Part shown: in pieces, positions 43,448 through 53,025 of the stretch
How positions within the stretch are numbered: position 1 is the stretch's first letter
Layout of the letters: the number at the start of each line of letters is the position of its first letter
Source: an uncultured delta proteobacterium
GTDB lineage: Bacteria; Myxococcota_A; Polyangia; Fen-1088
Length of the DNA: 64,000 bases
NCBI GenBank assembly: GCA_963737265.1
Contig: CAVTRY010000023.1
Coordinates: 416,001 to 480,000 of the forward strand
Reading direction: 5' to 3'
Made by a program: the position numbers and the translations under genes
The notes under the pieces: generated by a model
The model's input: the letters and a program-made list of their open reading frames with translations, nothing else
What the model was told of the DNA's origin: nothing
Database searches by the model: none

Positions 43448-44406
43448 TGGCAATTGAACATTTCCGCGCCGACGACGACTCGCCAGTCGGGTGCGCCGAA
43501 TTGCCGGTCGATGCCGGCGCCCACGCCCAGCTTGAACCTCAACTGCGCGCGATTCGCCCGCGTTCCTTCGAGCCGACCAGAAAGGAGTCCCTCTAGCGCC
43601 GTATCGCTAGAGCCGAAGAAGGACCGGAACGCCGTTGCGCCGTAAACCTCTGGACCCACGACAACCCCCCAATCCGCGCTTCGCCCCACGGGCAACTTCG
43701 CGCCCCCGGCGGCGCCGAAGAGCAATTCGCTGCCGCGCGGGCTGCCGGGAGTTGGCGAGTCGTCGAGCGGCCGAATGTGAACGCCGAGCTGGCCGGCATA
43801 GGCGAAGTGCCCCGCGTCGCCAGCGAGTAGGGCGCGGACCATGCCGCGAAAGGTGTCGTCGGTGTCGTAGTCGGCGCGGTGGCCGTTCGGGATGACAAGC
43901 TGTGCGCTGGCGCCAAGGCGAAATCGCCCGTCCGGTTGGCCGAGGATTCGGGCATCGACACCAACGCGGTAGTCGGACAAGGTGTCGGGGTTCGTCCCCG
44001 GAGTCACCGACGGATGTGTAAACACGTAGCCGCCCACCGTGCCGCCGTCGCCGGTGATGACGAGCGGCATGTCCATATTGAGAGAGAGGCGAAAGCGACG
44101 GTAGGTGACCGCGAAGCCGAAGTCGGCGGATGCCTCGTCCGAGACAACCGCGAGATTCCGCTGGCCCTCGGCGACTCGCAGTGGGTTGCGCGCGTACCCC
44201 AAGGTAAGCGCCATGGCACCACCCAGGCCACCCTGCATGTCGAGGGCGTCCATCACGAACCAACCGGCCCCCGGGGCCGACGGGGAGAAGCGCTCGACCG
44301 CGAACCCTTGGGCTTGCTGCTGGGCCTGTGCGCGCGATGGCGACAGGATCGCCGCCCACAGCGCTGCGAGGGCGAGCGATGCGCGATACCGACTAGAATT
44401 CGGCAT
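43399..44406 (-). CDS. Myxobacterial outer-membrane beta-barrel protein (similar to N-terminal barrels of OmpA-family proteins)
   Basis: Signal peptide; FAVERFSPS, YARNPL, GAPDWRVVVG; alternating beta-strand pattern. Confidence 0.65.
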   Translation of the reverse strand: MPNSSRYRASLALAALWAAILSPSRAQAQQQAQGFAVERFSPSAPGAGWFVMDALDMQGGLGGAMALTLGYARNPLRVAEGQRNLAVVSDEASADFGFAVTYRRFRLSLNMDMPLVITGDGGTVGGYVFTHPSVTPGTNPDTLSDYRVGVDARILGQPDGRFRLGASAQLVIPNGHRADYDTDDTFRGMVRALLAGDAGHFAYAGQLGVHIRPLDDSPTPGSPRGSELLFGAAGGAKLPVGRSADWGVVVGPEVYGATAFRSFFGSSDTALEGLLSGRLEGTRANRAQLRFKLGVGAGIDRQFGAPDWRVVVGAEMFNCHQRPTRLGSQVDVTKP

Positions 44407-45856
44407 GGATTTTCGCTCCCAGGATGTGAACAGGACCTCGGTCGGCGTTGAACCCGGGGTTCCACAGAAATTGGTAGTCGCCCGCGAGCCAGACCGCCTT
44501 GAGAAGATTCACGCTGTAGAAGCCCTCGACGATGCCCTCGGCGGCCTGGCGAAGGTAGCCGTCGCCGATGAAGCCGTCGACGCCGCCCATGGCCAGGTAC
44601 TTGGCATGGACGGCCGAGATCCAGCTCGCGCCGAAGCCGACGCCGGTGACGTCGAAGGGCCGGTTCCACAAGGTGCCCTTGGCCACAGCTCCAAAGGAGA
44701 AGGATCGGTCGGCTGGATTGTAGGCGTCGACCTCGGTGTTGCCGTCGGAGTACATCGCACGCAAGAACACGCCGACATCTTTGGCGAGGTATTGTTCGAG
44801 GTTGATGCCGATGCCCAACTTCACGTTGGACCTTCGAACCCAGCACATGTCGGGTGCACTGGAATTCTTGGAGCCGTAGTTAAAGCTCGTGATCGGGCAG
44901 TCGGCGGCATTTTCCGCAGGATTGGCCTCGAACGCCGCGATAGCTTCGTCGAAGCGCCCGGTGATCACGTGATTCCGATAACCGAGGAGGCGCACGGCAC
45001 CCGAACGGCCGAAAAGCGAGTGATCGTGCTCGAGCTCCAACTGGTCGCCGTAATGCTCCCAGATCCGGAAGTCCTGCGGAAGCTGGTTCGGGTTCTGCGG
45101 CGGCGTGATGCGGCCGAGCCGAAGCGCCCACTCGTCCAAGTAGAGCTCGGCGGTGCCGCCCCACGAGTAACCTCGTGCGTCTGACGGGAAATCCCACGAC
45201 GAGTGGGTCATGAAGGCCATGTTGAAAAAGGTCTGGCGCGGATCCCCGGTGACCGAGTTCCGGTCGAACACGTCGAGAATGGTGAAGCTGCCGAGGGTGA
45301 GGACGAGCCGACGGCTGTCGACGACGGACCCGAGCTGAAGCGGGTCGGACGCCTTGACGACGTGGTCGCCGCCAAGGCCGAAAGTCTGTCGCAGAAAGAG
45401 GCGAGAGCGATAAAGCTGGGGCGTCTCCGTTCCTCCCTTTTGCAGCTCGAAGTTCTGGATAGCGCCGCCTATGCCGTGCAGCCCCGAGAGTGGCCGCTCG
45501 GCAATGACCTCGGGAACGAAGTAGGCTTCACCCCCCGACCACAGCTTGAGCCCGAAGAACAGGGAAAAGGTGCCAGTGAAGCTGCGCTCGGCACCTGGCA
45601 CGAGCGAGTTGATGCTGCCGTTTGCGTTGGTGTAGGGAGCCTTGAACGGCAGCTTCCAGCTCGAAATGTAGGTGAACTGGCCGTAGACATTCCAGCTCTC
45701 TTTGTCGATGTCGTGCGAGCCATGCTGCGAAAGCAGGGTCATGACGTCGAACGCTGCGTCCTCGTGCGCCGCCGGCGGGCCGGCCTGCGCGTTCGCGCGA
45801 GTGGATGCGAACAAGACGCAAGCGACGAGGCTGGCTGGCAGTAGACGGGACCACAT
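44393..45856 (-). CDS. OprB-family carbohydrate-selective/metal porin (MnoP-like barrel)
   Basis: WNVYGQFTY, SRLFLRQTFGLGG, GDGYL..., DYQFLWNPGFNADRGPVHILGAKIHAEF. Confidence 0.85.
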   Translation of the reverse strand: MWSRLLPASLVACVLFASTRANAQAGPPAAHEDAAFDVMTLLSQHGSHDIDKESWNVYGQFTYISSWKLPFKAPYTNANGSINSLVPGAERSFTGTFSLFFGLKLWSGGEAYFVPEVIAERPLSGLHGIGGAIQNFELQKGGTETPQLYRSRLFLRQTFGLGGDHVVKASDPLQLGSVVDSRRLVLTLGSFTILDVFDRNSVTGDPRQTFFNMAFMTHSSWDFPSDARGYSWGGTAELYLDEWALRLGRITPPQNPNQLPQDFRIWEHYGDQLELEHDHSLFGRSGAVRLLGYRNHVITGRFDEAIAAFEANPAENAADCPITSFNYGSKNSSAPDMCWVRRSNVKLGIGINLEQYLAKDVGVFLRAMYSDGNTEVDAYNPADRSFSFGAVAKGTLWNRPFDVTGVGFGASWISAVHAKYLAMGGVDGFIGDGYLRQAAEGIVEGFYSVNLLKAVWLAGDYQFLWNPGFNADRGPVHILGAKIHAEF

Positions 45857-46221
45857 CAGGCGAGCTTGTGGCGAAGCGGGCGCCGACGGTGGGTGATCTG
45901 CATGGTCCTCTCCTCTATTCGGGGATCATCGAGGTTGCAAGCAACGGGTGCGCAAAATCCGTCGCCAAATCGGCACAAAAGCGAAATCATCGGTGCCCCT
46001 GTGCTCCCGCGGCGAACCGGCGCCCGGATCCTGCCCTGCAAAAGTCGGTGGATGGTTTTGCCGATCAAGAAGAAGGGCGATCCCCAGTCGGGTAGAGCGA
46101 GTGGGGAGTTGGGCTTGGGCGTGTTCGTCATGGCGTGCCTCGCTGGTTGGGGCCACAGCAGGTCGGCGAGGGTGCCACGAGCAAGCGGGCTGTATGCGAA
46201 AATATTGTCAAGTATTTCGAA

Positions 46222-47079
46222 TCAAGGTTGCGTCCAAGACTTTCGAGTCGAAGAGAGAGGACCTGCGGTAACAGTCGGCGATTCCGCTCTCTCCCAGAAA
46301 TAGCCCACGATCATCTTCACGGTGAGCGGGTTGCTTGCTGCCGTGAGGCCCTCGCCGATTCCGGCATTGATCTCGACGTGCGGCAGCGAAAGTAGATTGG
46401 CGACTTCATAGAGATAGTGCTCTTGCTGGCGCCACGGAACGAATCCCGAGAGCGGACCGAGATCCCCATAGTATTCGACCCCGATGGAAGCGACATCGAA
46501 CAGCTTGAGAACCGCCAACGCTGCCGGCTCGAACGATGGCCCCGTGTGGCGGTCCGGGCCGGCGAGCGCGATATCGACGATGGGATTGAACGCGAAGAGC
46601 CAGCGACTGTCCTCGTAGGCCGCAATGGGCCGCACCTCCATGCCCCAGCGATTGCGGTCGTAGCGCTCCGGCAGGAGCGAGACCTCGAAGTTGAGGCCAA
46701 GGCGCAGGCGATCGCTGAACGACCGCGACGTCACGACCTTCGAACGCAGCTTCGCGCCCGCGTATTCGAATGTCCCGTCGCCGAGCAGGGCGCTTTGAAG
46801 GTAGCCACCGAGCTCCCACCACGGCAAGAGCCCAAGCGACGGTTCAAGCGTGAAGTGGCTTTGGTGGTTCGAGGGCAGCTCGGGAGCGATCGCTTCGCGG
46901 CGACCGCTCGGAATGGCGTTCGCATGCAGCTCGAGACCAGGCGCGCCGGGCTGGTTGGTCTCGCCGTCGTAGACTTGGACCTCGAACGGATCGACCGCGC
47001 GCGCGGGGCGAGCGTGAAGCACGACGAGGGCCGCGAGCGAAACCATTGCGGCGCGCACGAGGCGCTTGGTCTGAATCAA
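46222..47079 (-). CDS. Putative outer-membrane beta-barrel protein
   Basis: Signal peptide; DPFEVQVYD..., amphipathic strands, GVEYYGDLG, KMIVGY. Confidence 0.65.
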   Translation of the reverse strand: MIQTKRLVRAAMVSLAALVVLHARPARAVDPFEVQVYDGETNQPGAPGLELHANAIPSGRREAIAPELPSNHQSHFTLEPSLGLLPWWELGGYLQSALLGDGTFEYAGAKLRSKVVTSRSFSDRLRLGLNFEVSLLPERYDRNRWGMEVRPIAAYEDSRWLFAFNPIVDIALAGPDRHTGPSFEPAALAVLKLFDVASIGVEYYGDLGPLSGFVPWRQQEHYLYEVANLLSLPHVEINAGIGEGLTAASNPLTVKMIVGYFWERAESPTVTAGPLSSTRKSWTQP

Positions 47080-47239
47080 AGGTCTAGCCTACCCATCGCG
47101 CGCAGTTTATCGCACCGGCCAGGGGGCGCACGTCGGCGGTTGCGAGTACGTGCCAAGGTGTGGTGCCGGGTGGTGCCGGCACCTGGCTTGACACTCGCCA
47201 ACCCTGGCGCGAGAGTGGCGGTCAAGAATGGAGGCTAGG

Positions 47240-47554
47240 ATGCGTTGGCACCACTACGTCGCGTACTTTTGGGGTGGCGCGTTTCTCGCGAACACGCTGC
47301 CCCATCTTGGAAATGGAATCTCGGGACACGCCTTCCAGAGCCCGTTCGCATCGCCGCCGGGGGAAGGGTTGTCCTCGTCGACGGTCAACGTCTTGTGGGG
47401 CCTGCTCAACCTGGCCATCGGCTACCTGCTCGTTTGCCGCGTGGGGAAATTCGATCTGCGAAACACCAAACACGTGGTCGTTCTCGGCGCGGGCGTTGTC
47501 GCCATTTCGGTCATGCTGGCCCGTGGTTTTGGCCGGTTTCACGGCGGGCTGTGA
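47240..47554 (+). CDS. Small integral membrane protein
   Basis: GGAG RBS; three hydrophobic helices; NTLPH..G..G..FQSPFA.PPG.GLSS..VNVLWG. Confidence 0.7.
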   Translation: MRWHHYVAYFWGGAFLANTLPHLGNGISGHAFQSPFASPPGEGLSSSTVNVLWGLLNLAIGYLLVCRVGKFDLRNTKHVVVLGAGVVAISVMLARGFGRFHGGL

Positions 47555-47604
47555 CCCGAAACCTTCCCCGGGCGCGGATAAAGCCCAAAGGCGTGCGTGC
47601 CGTG

Positions 47605-48045
47605 ATGGCCGGAAAAGACAGAGCGATGCGCAATAGCTCAGGAGAAGCGCTCGTTGAAGTACGAGAATCTGCTATCCATGGCAAGGGAACCTTCGCATCA
47701 GCCTTCCTCGAATCCGATGCCCTGATTCTTGAGTACACCGGTGAGCTGATCGATCGAAAGACCGCGGTCGAGCGGGACCAACCTGACGCACCGGACTACA
47801 GCTGCCATATTCTGCAAGTCGAGGACGACATCTTCATCGATGCGCGACTCGTTGAGCATCCAGCCAAGTACATCAATCATTCGTGCGAGCCGAACTGCAT
47901 CCTGTCATGCGATAAGACCAGAGCCTTCATCCAAACGCTCCGAACCATTAGTCCGGGCGAAGAGCTGACCTACGACTATGAATACGATGCCACGGAGAAT
48001 ATCAAGTGCCGCTGCCATGCGGCGAGGTGCCGGGGAAGAATCTGA
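47605..48045 (+). CDS. SET-domain lysine methyltransferase with post-SET cysteines
   Basis: SAIHGKGTFA, KYINHSCEPNC, GEELTYDY, CRC...CRG. Confidence 0.9.
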   Translation: MAGKDRAMRNSSGEALVEVRESAIHGKGTFASAFLESDALILEYTGELIDRKTAVERDQPDAPDYSCHILQVEDDIFIDARLVEHPAKYINHSCEPNCILSCDKTRAFIQTLRTISPGEELTYDYEYDATENIKCRCHAARCRGRI

Positions 48046-48113
48046 GTGAATCCACGACAGCCTCGCTCGCCGCTGCACAGCCAGCTTGTGACGGGCCCAA
48101 ATGCTTCGGTCAG

Positions 48114-48665
48114 TTACCTCGCGACCTGAACCTCGCGGACGACCACGTTCTCAAACCAGATTGGACCTTTTCCGGCCCCCTCGATTGCGAGACTGAATCC
48201 CGTTGGCCTGGTGGACTCGAACGCTAACGTTCCGAAAAAGTCGGTTCCCTTCAGGCTGGTCACGCGGACAAAGTCGCCGTTGAGATCCGTCGGCAGGGGC
48301 TTGGAGGACGGCGAATATTTGGTGACCTGGTTCCTACCGGCAAGGTAGTCCCAGGCCGCCTTGGGGCCCTCGAGTAGCTCCCGGAAGTAGTAGTAGACCT
48401 CTTCCTTCGACATGTCCCGCTTGGCGCCATCCTTGTACTCGATACGCCCTTGCGTCGCCTTTGCATTGGCACCCAGTTGGAACTCGAAGATCCGCGCCAG
48501 GTGCAGGGCGGTCGGAGGATTGGGGTACGACATGGAGGCGATCCGACCGCTGTCGTCAGTGATCACGGTCCATGGTCCAACTTGTTCCTGTGCGGCCCGA
48601 GCAGCGCCAGCGAAGGCCAGCGAACCGAATAGACCGACTATGACTGCGAACCTATTCCAAGGCAT
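48114..48665 (-). CDS. Hypothetical secreted protein
   Basis: AAGGAGG RBS before ATG 48665; signal peptide ending ARA. Confidence 0.65.
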   Translation of the reverse strand: MPWNRFAVIVGLFGSLAFAGAARAAQEQVGPWTVITDDSGRIASMSYPNPPTALHLARIFEFQLGANAKATQGRIEYKDGAKRDMSKEEVYYYFRELLEGPKAAWDYLAGRNQVTKYSPSSKPLPTDLNGDFVRVTSLKGTDFFGTLAFESTRPTGFSLAIEGAGKGPIWFENVVVREVQVAR

Positions 48666-48969
48666 GTGGGGTCCTCCTTCTCGGCACGGAGCATGACATC
48701 TATCGGCGTGTTGCACCAGCTTGCGAATGTCGCACGTGTCCCGCGCTATGCGCGGTCGTCCGGTCTTGCCGGGCCTGGCCAGGGCTTTCGGCGTCTGTGG
48801 TTCTCAAAACCTTTTACATTTCAACGGTAGTGGAGCAGAATTCCGTGGTCAAGGGCAATCCTCGCGCACGGGAATCGAGCCCTGTCAAAAGGTCGCCTAT
48901 TGTCTACCCAGGCGAAGACTCGCCCTTTCCCAACTATTTTCGCCACACCAACGATGTTCGATTGAGCAG

Positions 48970-49812
48970 TACGATTCTTGGTTCTCCGTCGAGGCGCGAT
49001 ACCTCTTCGCATTCAACGATGCCTTTCAGCGGCAATTTTTCGGCGACGACGACACGTTCGTCTTCATCAACGGCGTGCTGGTGATCGACCTCGGGGGCGT
49101 CCACCAGCGCCTCCCCGCCAGCGTGAAAGTCGATGCCGCCGGGAACGCGACCATTCAGGAGGGTGGAAACATCTATATGCCGTGCACGAACCCTGTCGGC
49201 CAGACTGGTGACCTCGTGCCCTGCGATGGCAGCGCCAACGCGAGGGCTCCAGTGACGAAGGTGCCGTTCAACTCGACCTGCCCGGCTGGAAACACGACGT
49301 GTGATTGCCGACAGCGGACGCTGACCGCTGCGGCCCTCGGTCTACAGCCGGGCAATACCTACGAGATCGCCATTTTCGAGCGCGATAGACACCCGACGGA
49401 ATCGAACTTCCAACTCACCCTGAGCGGGTTTTCCACGAACGAGTCAGCCTGTCAGACCCGATGTGGTGACGGGGTGATCGCGGGCGGGAAGGAATGCGAC
49501 TGCGGCGATGGGACGCTGGCGGCCCTGCCCGCGGGTTGCGCCGGGCCAAATAGTGACACTCTGTACGACGGTTGCACGACCCAGTGCGTGTGGGGACCCT
49601 ACTGCGGCGACAATATCGTGCAGAGCCCACAGGAACAGTGCGACCTTGGGAGCGCGAACAACAACGCGGGCTACGGTATGAAGGGCGGCTGCACTCCGAC
49701 ATGCCAACTGGCGCATTACTGCGGGGACAGCATCGTGGACACTGCGCAAGGAGAGCAATGTGACATGGGGTCCAACAATGGCCAACCAGGACAAGGCTGC
49801 AGCGCGAGCTGT
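48970..49812 (+). pseudogene. 5'-truncated fibro-slime/Cys-rich protein paralog
   Basis: Begins abruptly at DSWFSVEARYLF, then FFGDDDTFVFINGVLVIDLGGVH and Cys repeats; no signal peptide; upstream sequence non-homologous. Confidence 0.75.
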
Positions 49813-50025
49813 CAAATCATCTCACGGGGCAGCCCTTTCGAGGTGTTGAGAAGCCCGCTACTAAGAACGGGATTTGTTCCCCGGCGGTCGCGTAGCGGGC
49901 ACATCGCCTCTCCCCGCCGCCACGCGGTCGCCACGCGGAAAGAGGCCGCCGCGAAGCGCGGCGGGTGAGGGGCAGAAGAAGCCGGCTTCTCGCCAGCACA
50001 CCCTCACCCGCCGACGCAGACGTCG

Positions 50026-50163
50026 GCCGCAGTCGTTGAACATCAGGGTCGTGTCGATGCGGAAATTCGACCGCACCACGTGACGCTCGGCATTAAGGAC
50101 GACCAAGGGACAGACGTTGCCCTTGCTGATGCCCAGGTTGGATACCTGGGCGTCGATGTGCAT
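50026..50163 (-). pseudogene. Short remnant of a fibro-slime domain C-terminus
   Basis: LGISKGNVCPLVVLNAERHVVRSNFRIDTTLMFNDCG resembles the LGL..G..Y.I..F..ERH...SNF motif seen in the paralogs in this window. Confidence 0.55.
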
Positions 50164-50188
50164 CGTTTGGGTTTCGGCGCCCTCACCC

Positions 50189-52024
50189 TCAGTAGATGAC
50201 GATCGGTGGGATCTTGTAGGCGTCCCAGGAAGGCGTGTGGTTGTTTTCGGTGGCGGGCTGGTTCCACAGGTAGAGCGCGGGGTAGTCAACGCTGACCACG
50301 CCGCCCGTGACTGTCATGGGGCTAACGTAGAGTTGGGGCCGTCCGCTGCGCGTCGACGAGAAAGTCACCCAGTAGTACGTCGTGCCATTCGCCCCGGTGG
50401 TCGCCTCGGGCGACCACTTCGTCCAGTCGTTGGTGACGCCGGGGCTACGCAGCGAGGTCTGACAGGCGGCTGGGTCGTTGGCGGCAAAGCGGAGCGCCGT
50501 TCCGCCGCTGGCGGGAACTACGAAGATCTCCGCCTGCTGATTACTGTACGAGTTGTCGCTCCCTGAAACACGGGTATAGGCGACGAAGGCGTCGTCGGGA
50601 GAGAACGCCGGGTAATACTCGGTGAATGTCGGGTCGGCAGCACCCGCGAGCGGTGCGGCGGTTCCACCGGCGCGGTTGTTGTAGGGAACGACGTAGATGT
50701 CGGCCGGGCCATTGCCAAGGCGCCCATCCGTGATCGAGTTCGCCGAAACGTAGACGATCTTCGTGCCGTCGTGGCTGAAGTTGGGCTCCACCGCTCCGCT
50801 CGAATCTCCCGTGCGCGCGATCGCTCCCTGTTGTCCGTCGGTGTCGAGATTCACCCACAGCAGGTCGCCCTTGTTCTCGCCGTCCATGAGCAAGGCGATA
50901 TAGTCGTCCTTTGCCCAATGGCTGCGCGAATAGGTGGGAATACCCCGCAAGGCGCGTACCGCCGTCATCTGGGCATCCGTCACAAAGGATGGCTTGTTGC
51001 CGAGAGTGGCGACCACAATGTCCGCCATGCTGTCCCTGTACGCGTACGGCGTTCCAAAGGAGAATCCAACGCTAAGTCCATCGGGCGTTGCCGAATGGCA
51101 GCCAATACATACCTCTTGCTTGGCCTGATCGATGGCGGGCGGCACGACCTGGTTACCTTGCAGCACGTCCTCCACGCCTTCCTCGCCGATGCCGAAACCG
51201 CGCAAGACACCGTTGTTCGTTGCCGGAAGAATGGCCCAGTACACGATCTTTCCCGGGGCGTCGACGGGAGCCACCGTAAAGTCCGCGGTCGCGCGCGGGG
51301 TCGGTGGGTTCTGCACGGTACCAGTTCCCGAAAGAGTCAGTCCTCGAACGGTGACAGTGATTGGCTGATCGTTGATCGATGTCCGCAAGCTGTCCCACAA
51401 CTTGGCGTCCAGAGTGTAGGTCATCTGGGTCGTGTACACGCGCAAAGGGTGCGCGAACCCCGAAACCACGAGCTGAATTTCGAATAGATTCTCGTCGGCA
51501 GAGCGCGTGTATTCGAAACGCGGTCGCAGCCAGTTGCGTGGCATCAGGGTCTTCGGTACGGGCGAAACGATACAAGGCGCCCCACTGGTGCGCGGTGTCC
51601 CCTCGAATAGGGTCGGCGCGTTGGCCGGAATGCCGGGATCAGCCAGCACGGGATCCTCCGAGAAATCAGTCAGTGGCGGCGGCGCAGCCACGTCCTCTGT
51701 GAGAAGGCCCGCGTCCCCGGAGATGTAGATGCTGACATCGACTCCGCTGCCGCCAAGAGGGTCGAGGCGAACCGTCGGGGCATCCGGGCCGGCATCCGGA
51801 CCCTGGCCTCCAACCACGCTTGCCTTGGCACAAGCGCCGAGCGCCAAAGCGGACAACGCAAGCGTGAAGACGAGACGCTGGTCCGCGCCCCTTGCGCGGC
51901 AGCCGGCGTCTCCCTGGCGGCCGTCGAGCCAGCGAGATGCCGGCTGCACCGCGTTCTCCCCGGATTTTTCCCGTCGTCCTGTCACGATTCCTCCTGCAAT
52001 GAACCCCGGAGTATATCCGGCCAC
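50189..52024 (-). CDS. TolB-like (PD40 beta-propeller) lipoprotein
   Basis: ALGAC lipobox; PNFSHDGTKIVYVS, YYPAFSPDD, WVTFSSTR; one CIGCH; true start probably downstream of 52024. Confidence 0.8.
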   Translation of the reverse strand: MAGYTPGFIAGGIVTGRREKSGENAVQPASRWLDGRQGDAGCRARGADQRLVFTLALSALALGACAKASVVGGQGPDAGPDAPTVRLDPLGGSGVDVSIYISGDAGLLTEDVAAPPPLTDFSEDPVLADPGIPANAPTLFEGTPRTSGAPCIVSPVPKTLMPRNWLRPRFEYTRSADENLFEIQLVVSGFAHPLRVYTTQMTYTLDAKLWDSLRTSINDQPITVTVRGLTLSGTGTVQNPPTPRATADFTVAPVDAPGKIVYWAILPATNNGVLRGFGIGEEGVEDVLQGNQVVPPAIDQAKQEVCIGCHSATPDGLSVGFSFGTPYAYRDSMADIVVATLGNKPSFVTDAQMTAVRALRGIPTYSRSHWAKDDYIALLMDGENKGDLLWVNLDTDGQQGAIARTGDSSGAVEPNFSHDGTKIVYVSANSITDGRLGNGPADIYVVPYNNRAGGTAAPLAGAADPTFTEYYPAFSPDDAFVAYTRVSGSDNSYSNQQAEIFVVPASGGTALRFAANDPAACQTSLRSPGVTNDWTKWSPEATTGANGTTYYWVTFSSTRSGRPQLYVSPMTVTGGVVSVDYPALYLWNQPATENNHTPSWDAYKIPPIVIY

Positions 52025-52096
52025 AAGAAAGCGCGGAGAGATTCTCTTGCCATACGCGACGCACGCCAGCGACGGGAGCGATTGATGGACACGTCT

Positions 52097-52715
52097 TCAG
52101 TAGTTGGTACACGCGGGAATGGTACTTCCGTCGATGCAAGTCCGGCAGCTCATGTCGATCTTTGTACCCGCGGCGAGTTGAGGATCCCCTGTCTTTCTGA
52201 CCACGTTGACGAGCTGGCCGGTTCCCGCGCCTGTCGCCCCTGGACACTTGGTCGTGTCGTAAACCAGCTTCCAGCACGGATCGTTTGGTTGCTGGGCGTC
52301 CGGCAGGGTCGGATCGCACTCGGGGATGCCGGTGCTCTGTTCCTTTGGGATACCGGTCACGGGATCGGGAATAGCATACGCAACATGGCAATCGGGCTGG
52401 AGGCCCGATGTCGCCGTGCCCGTATTCAAAAGCCTGTAGGGCACGCACAGATTTTGCAGTTTTGTCTGCAGCGTGGCGCCAATTTGGGTTAGCGCGTCGG
52501 TGTAGTCAGCCTCGCAAATGCTGAATTTCATACCATTGGCGCCGAATTCATCGATAAACGCCGACTCTCGCAAGCCCGGACCTGCCCCCCATCCCCAAGC
52601 GGTCGGATCGTTTCCGGTGGCTGGATCGAGGTTGGTGGGCATGTGGTTTGGGTCGTAGCAAAGAGACCAGTAGTCCAATAGCGTCGGGTGCGCGGTGTCA
52701 GCTGCGTTCGGGTTG
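52097..52715 (-). pseudogene. C-terminal fragment of a myxobacterial Cys-containing secreted protein
   Basis: Coding-like frame (PNPNAADTAHPTLLDYW...SICEADY...LCV...PCWKL) with no signal peptide or RBS and an upstream in-frame stop. Confidence 0.55.
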
Positions 52716-53025
52716 GGACGATGACTTCGTTGGGTGGCACTTGTAAACTGACGCGGTCCTCTTTAGGGGGAACAGCCGTGACACTACGTCTTCCCCGGGC
52801 TTCGACTACCTTTCCAGACACAGTGCCGGACGGCATGCAACACCCACCCGCGGAAAATGCGATTGATGCGGTTGATGCGACTGATGAATGGCTAAAATCG
52901 CAGCAGCCCCACACCCGGCGCGATGTCAAGCTTACGGTGTGTCCAAGCAAGCCTCGCTCTAGACTAGTGACAGGCAACCCGCGTTCCTTTCGAGCTTCTG
53001 CACCACGAACCATGAGGAATTTCCC

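Noticed and set aside
45920-46220. c-di-GMP riboswitch or sigma54 promoter upstream of the porin
   Set aside because: GGCAAAACC-like start lacks the GAAA loop and second stem; GG-GC spacing is not 10 nt
48801-49852. 12-bp inverted match (TTCTCAAAACCT / AGGTGTTGAGAA) around the truncated fibro-slime gene as IS ends
   Set aside because: Match does not extend beyond 12 bp and there is no TSD; could be chance
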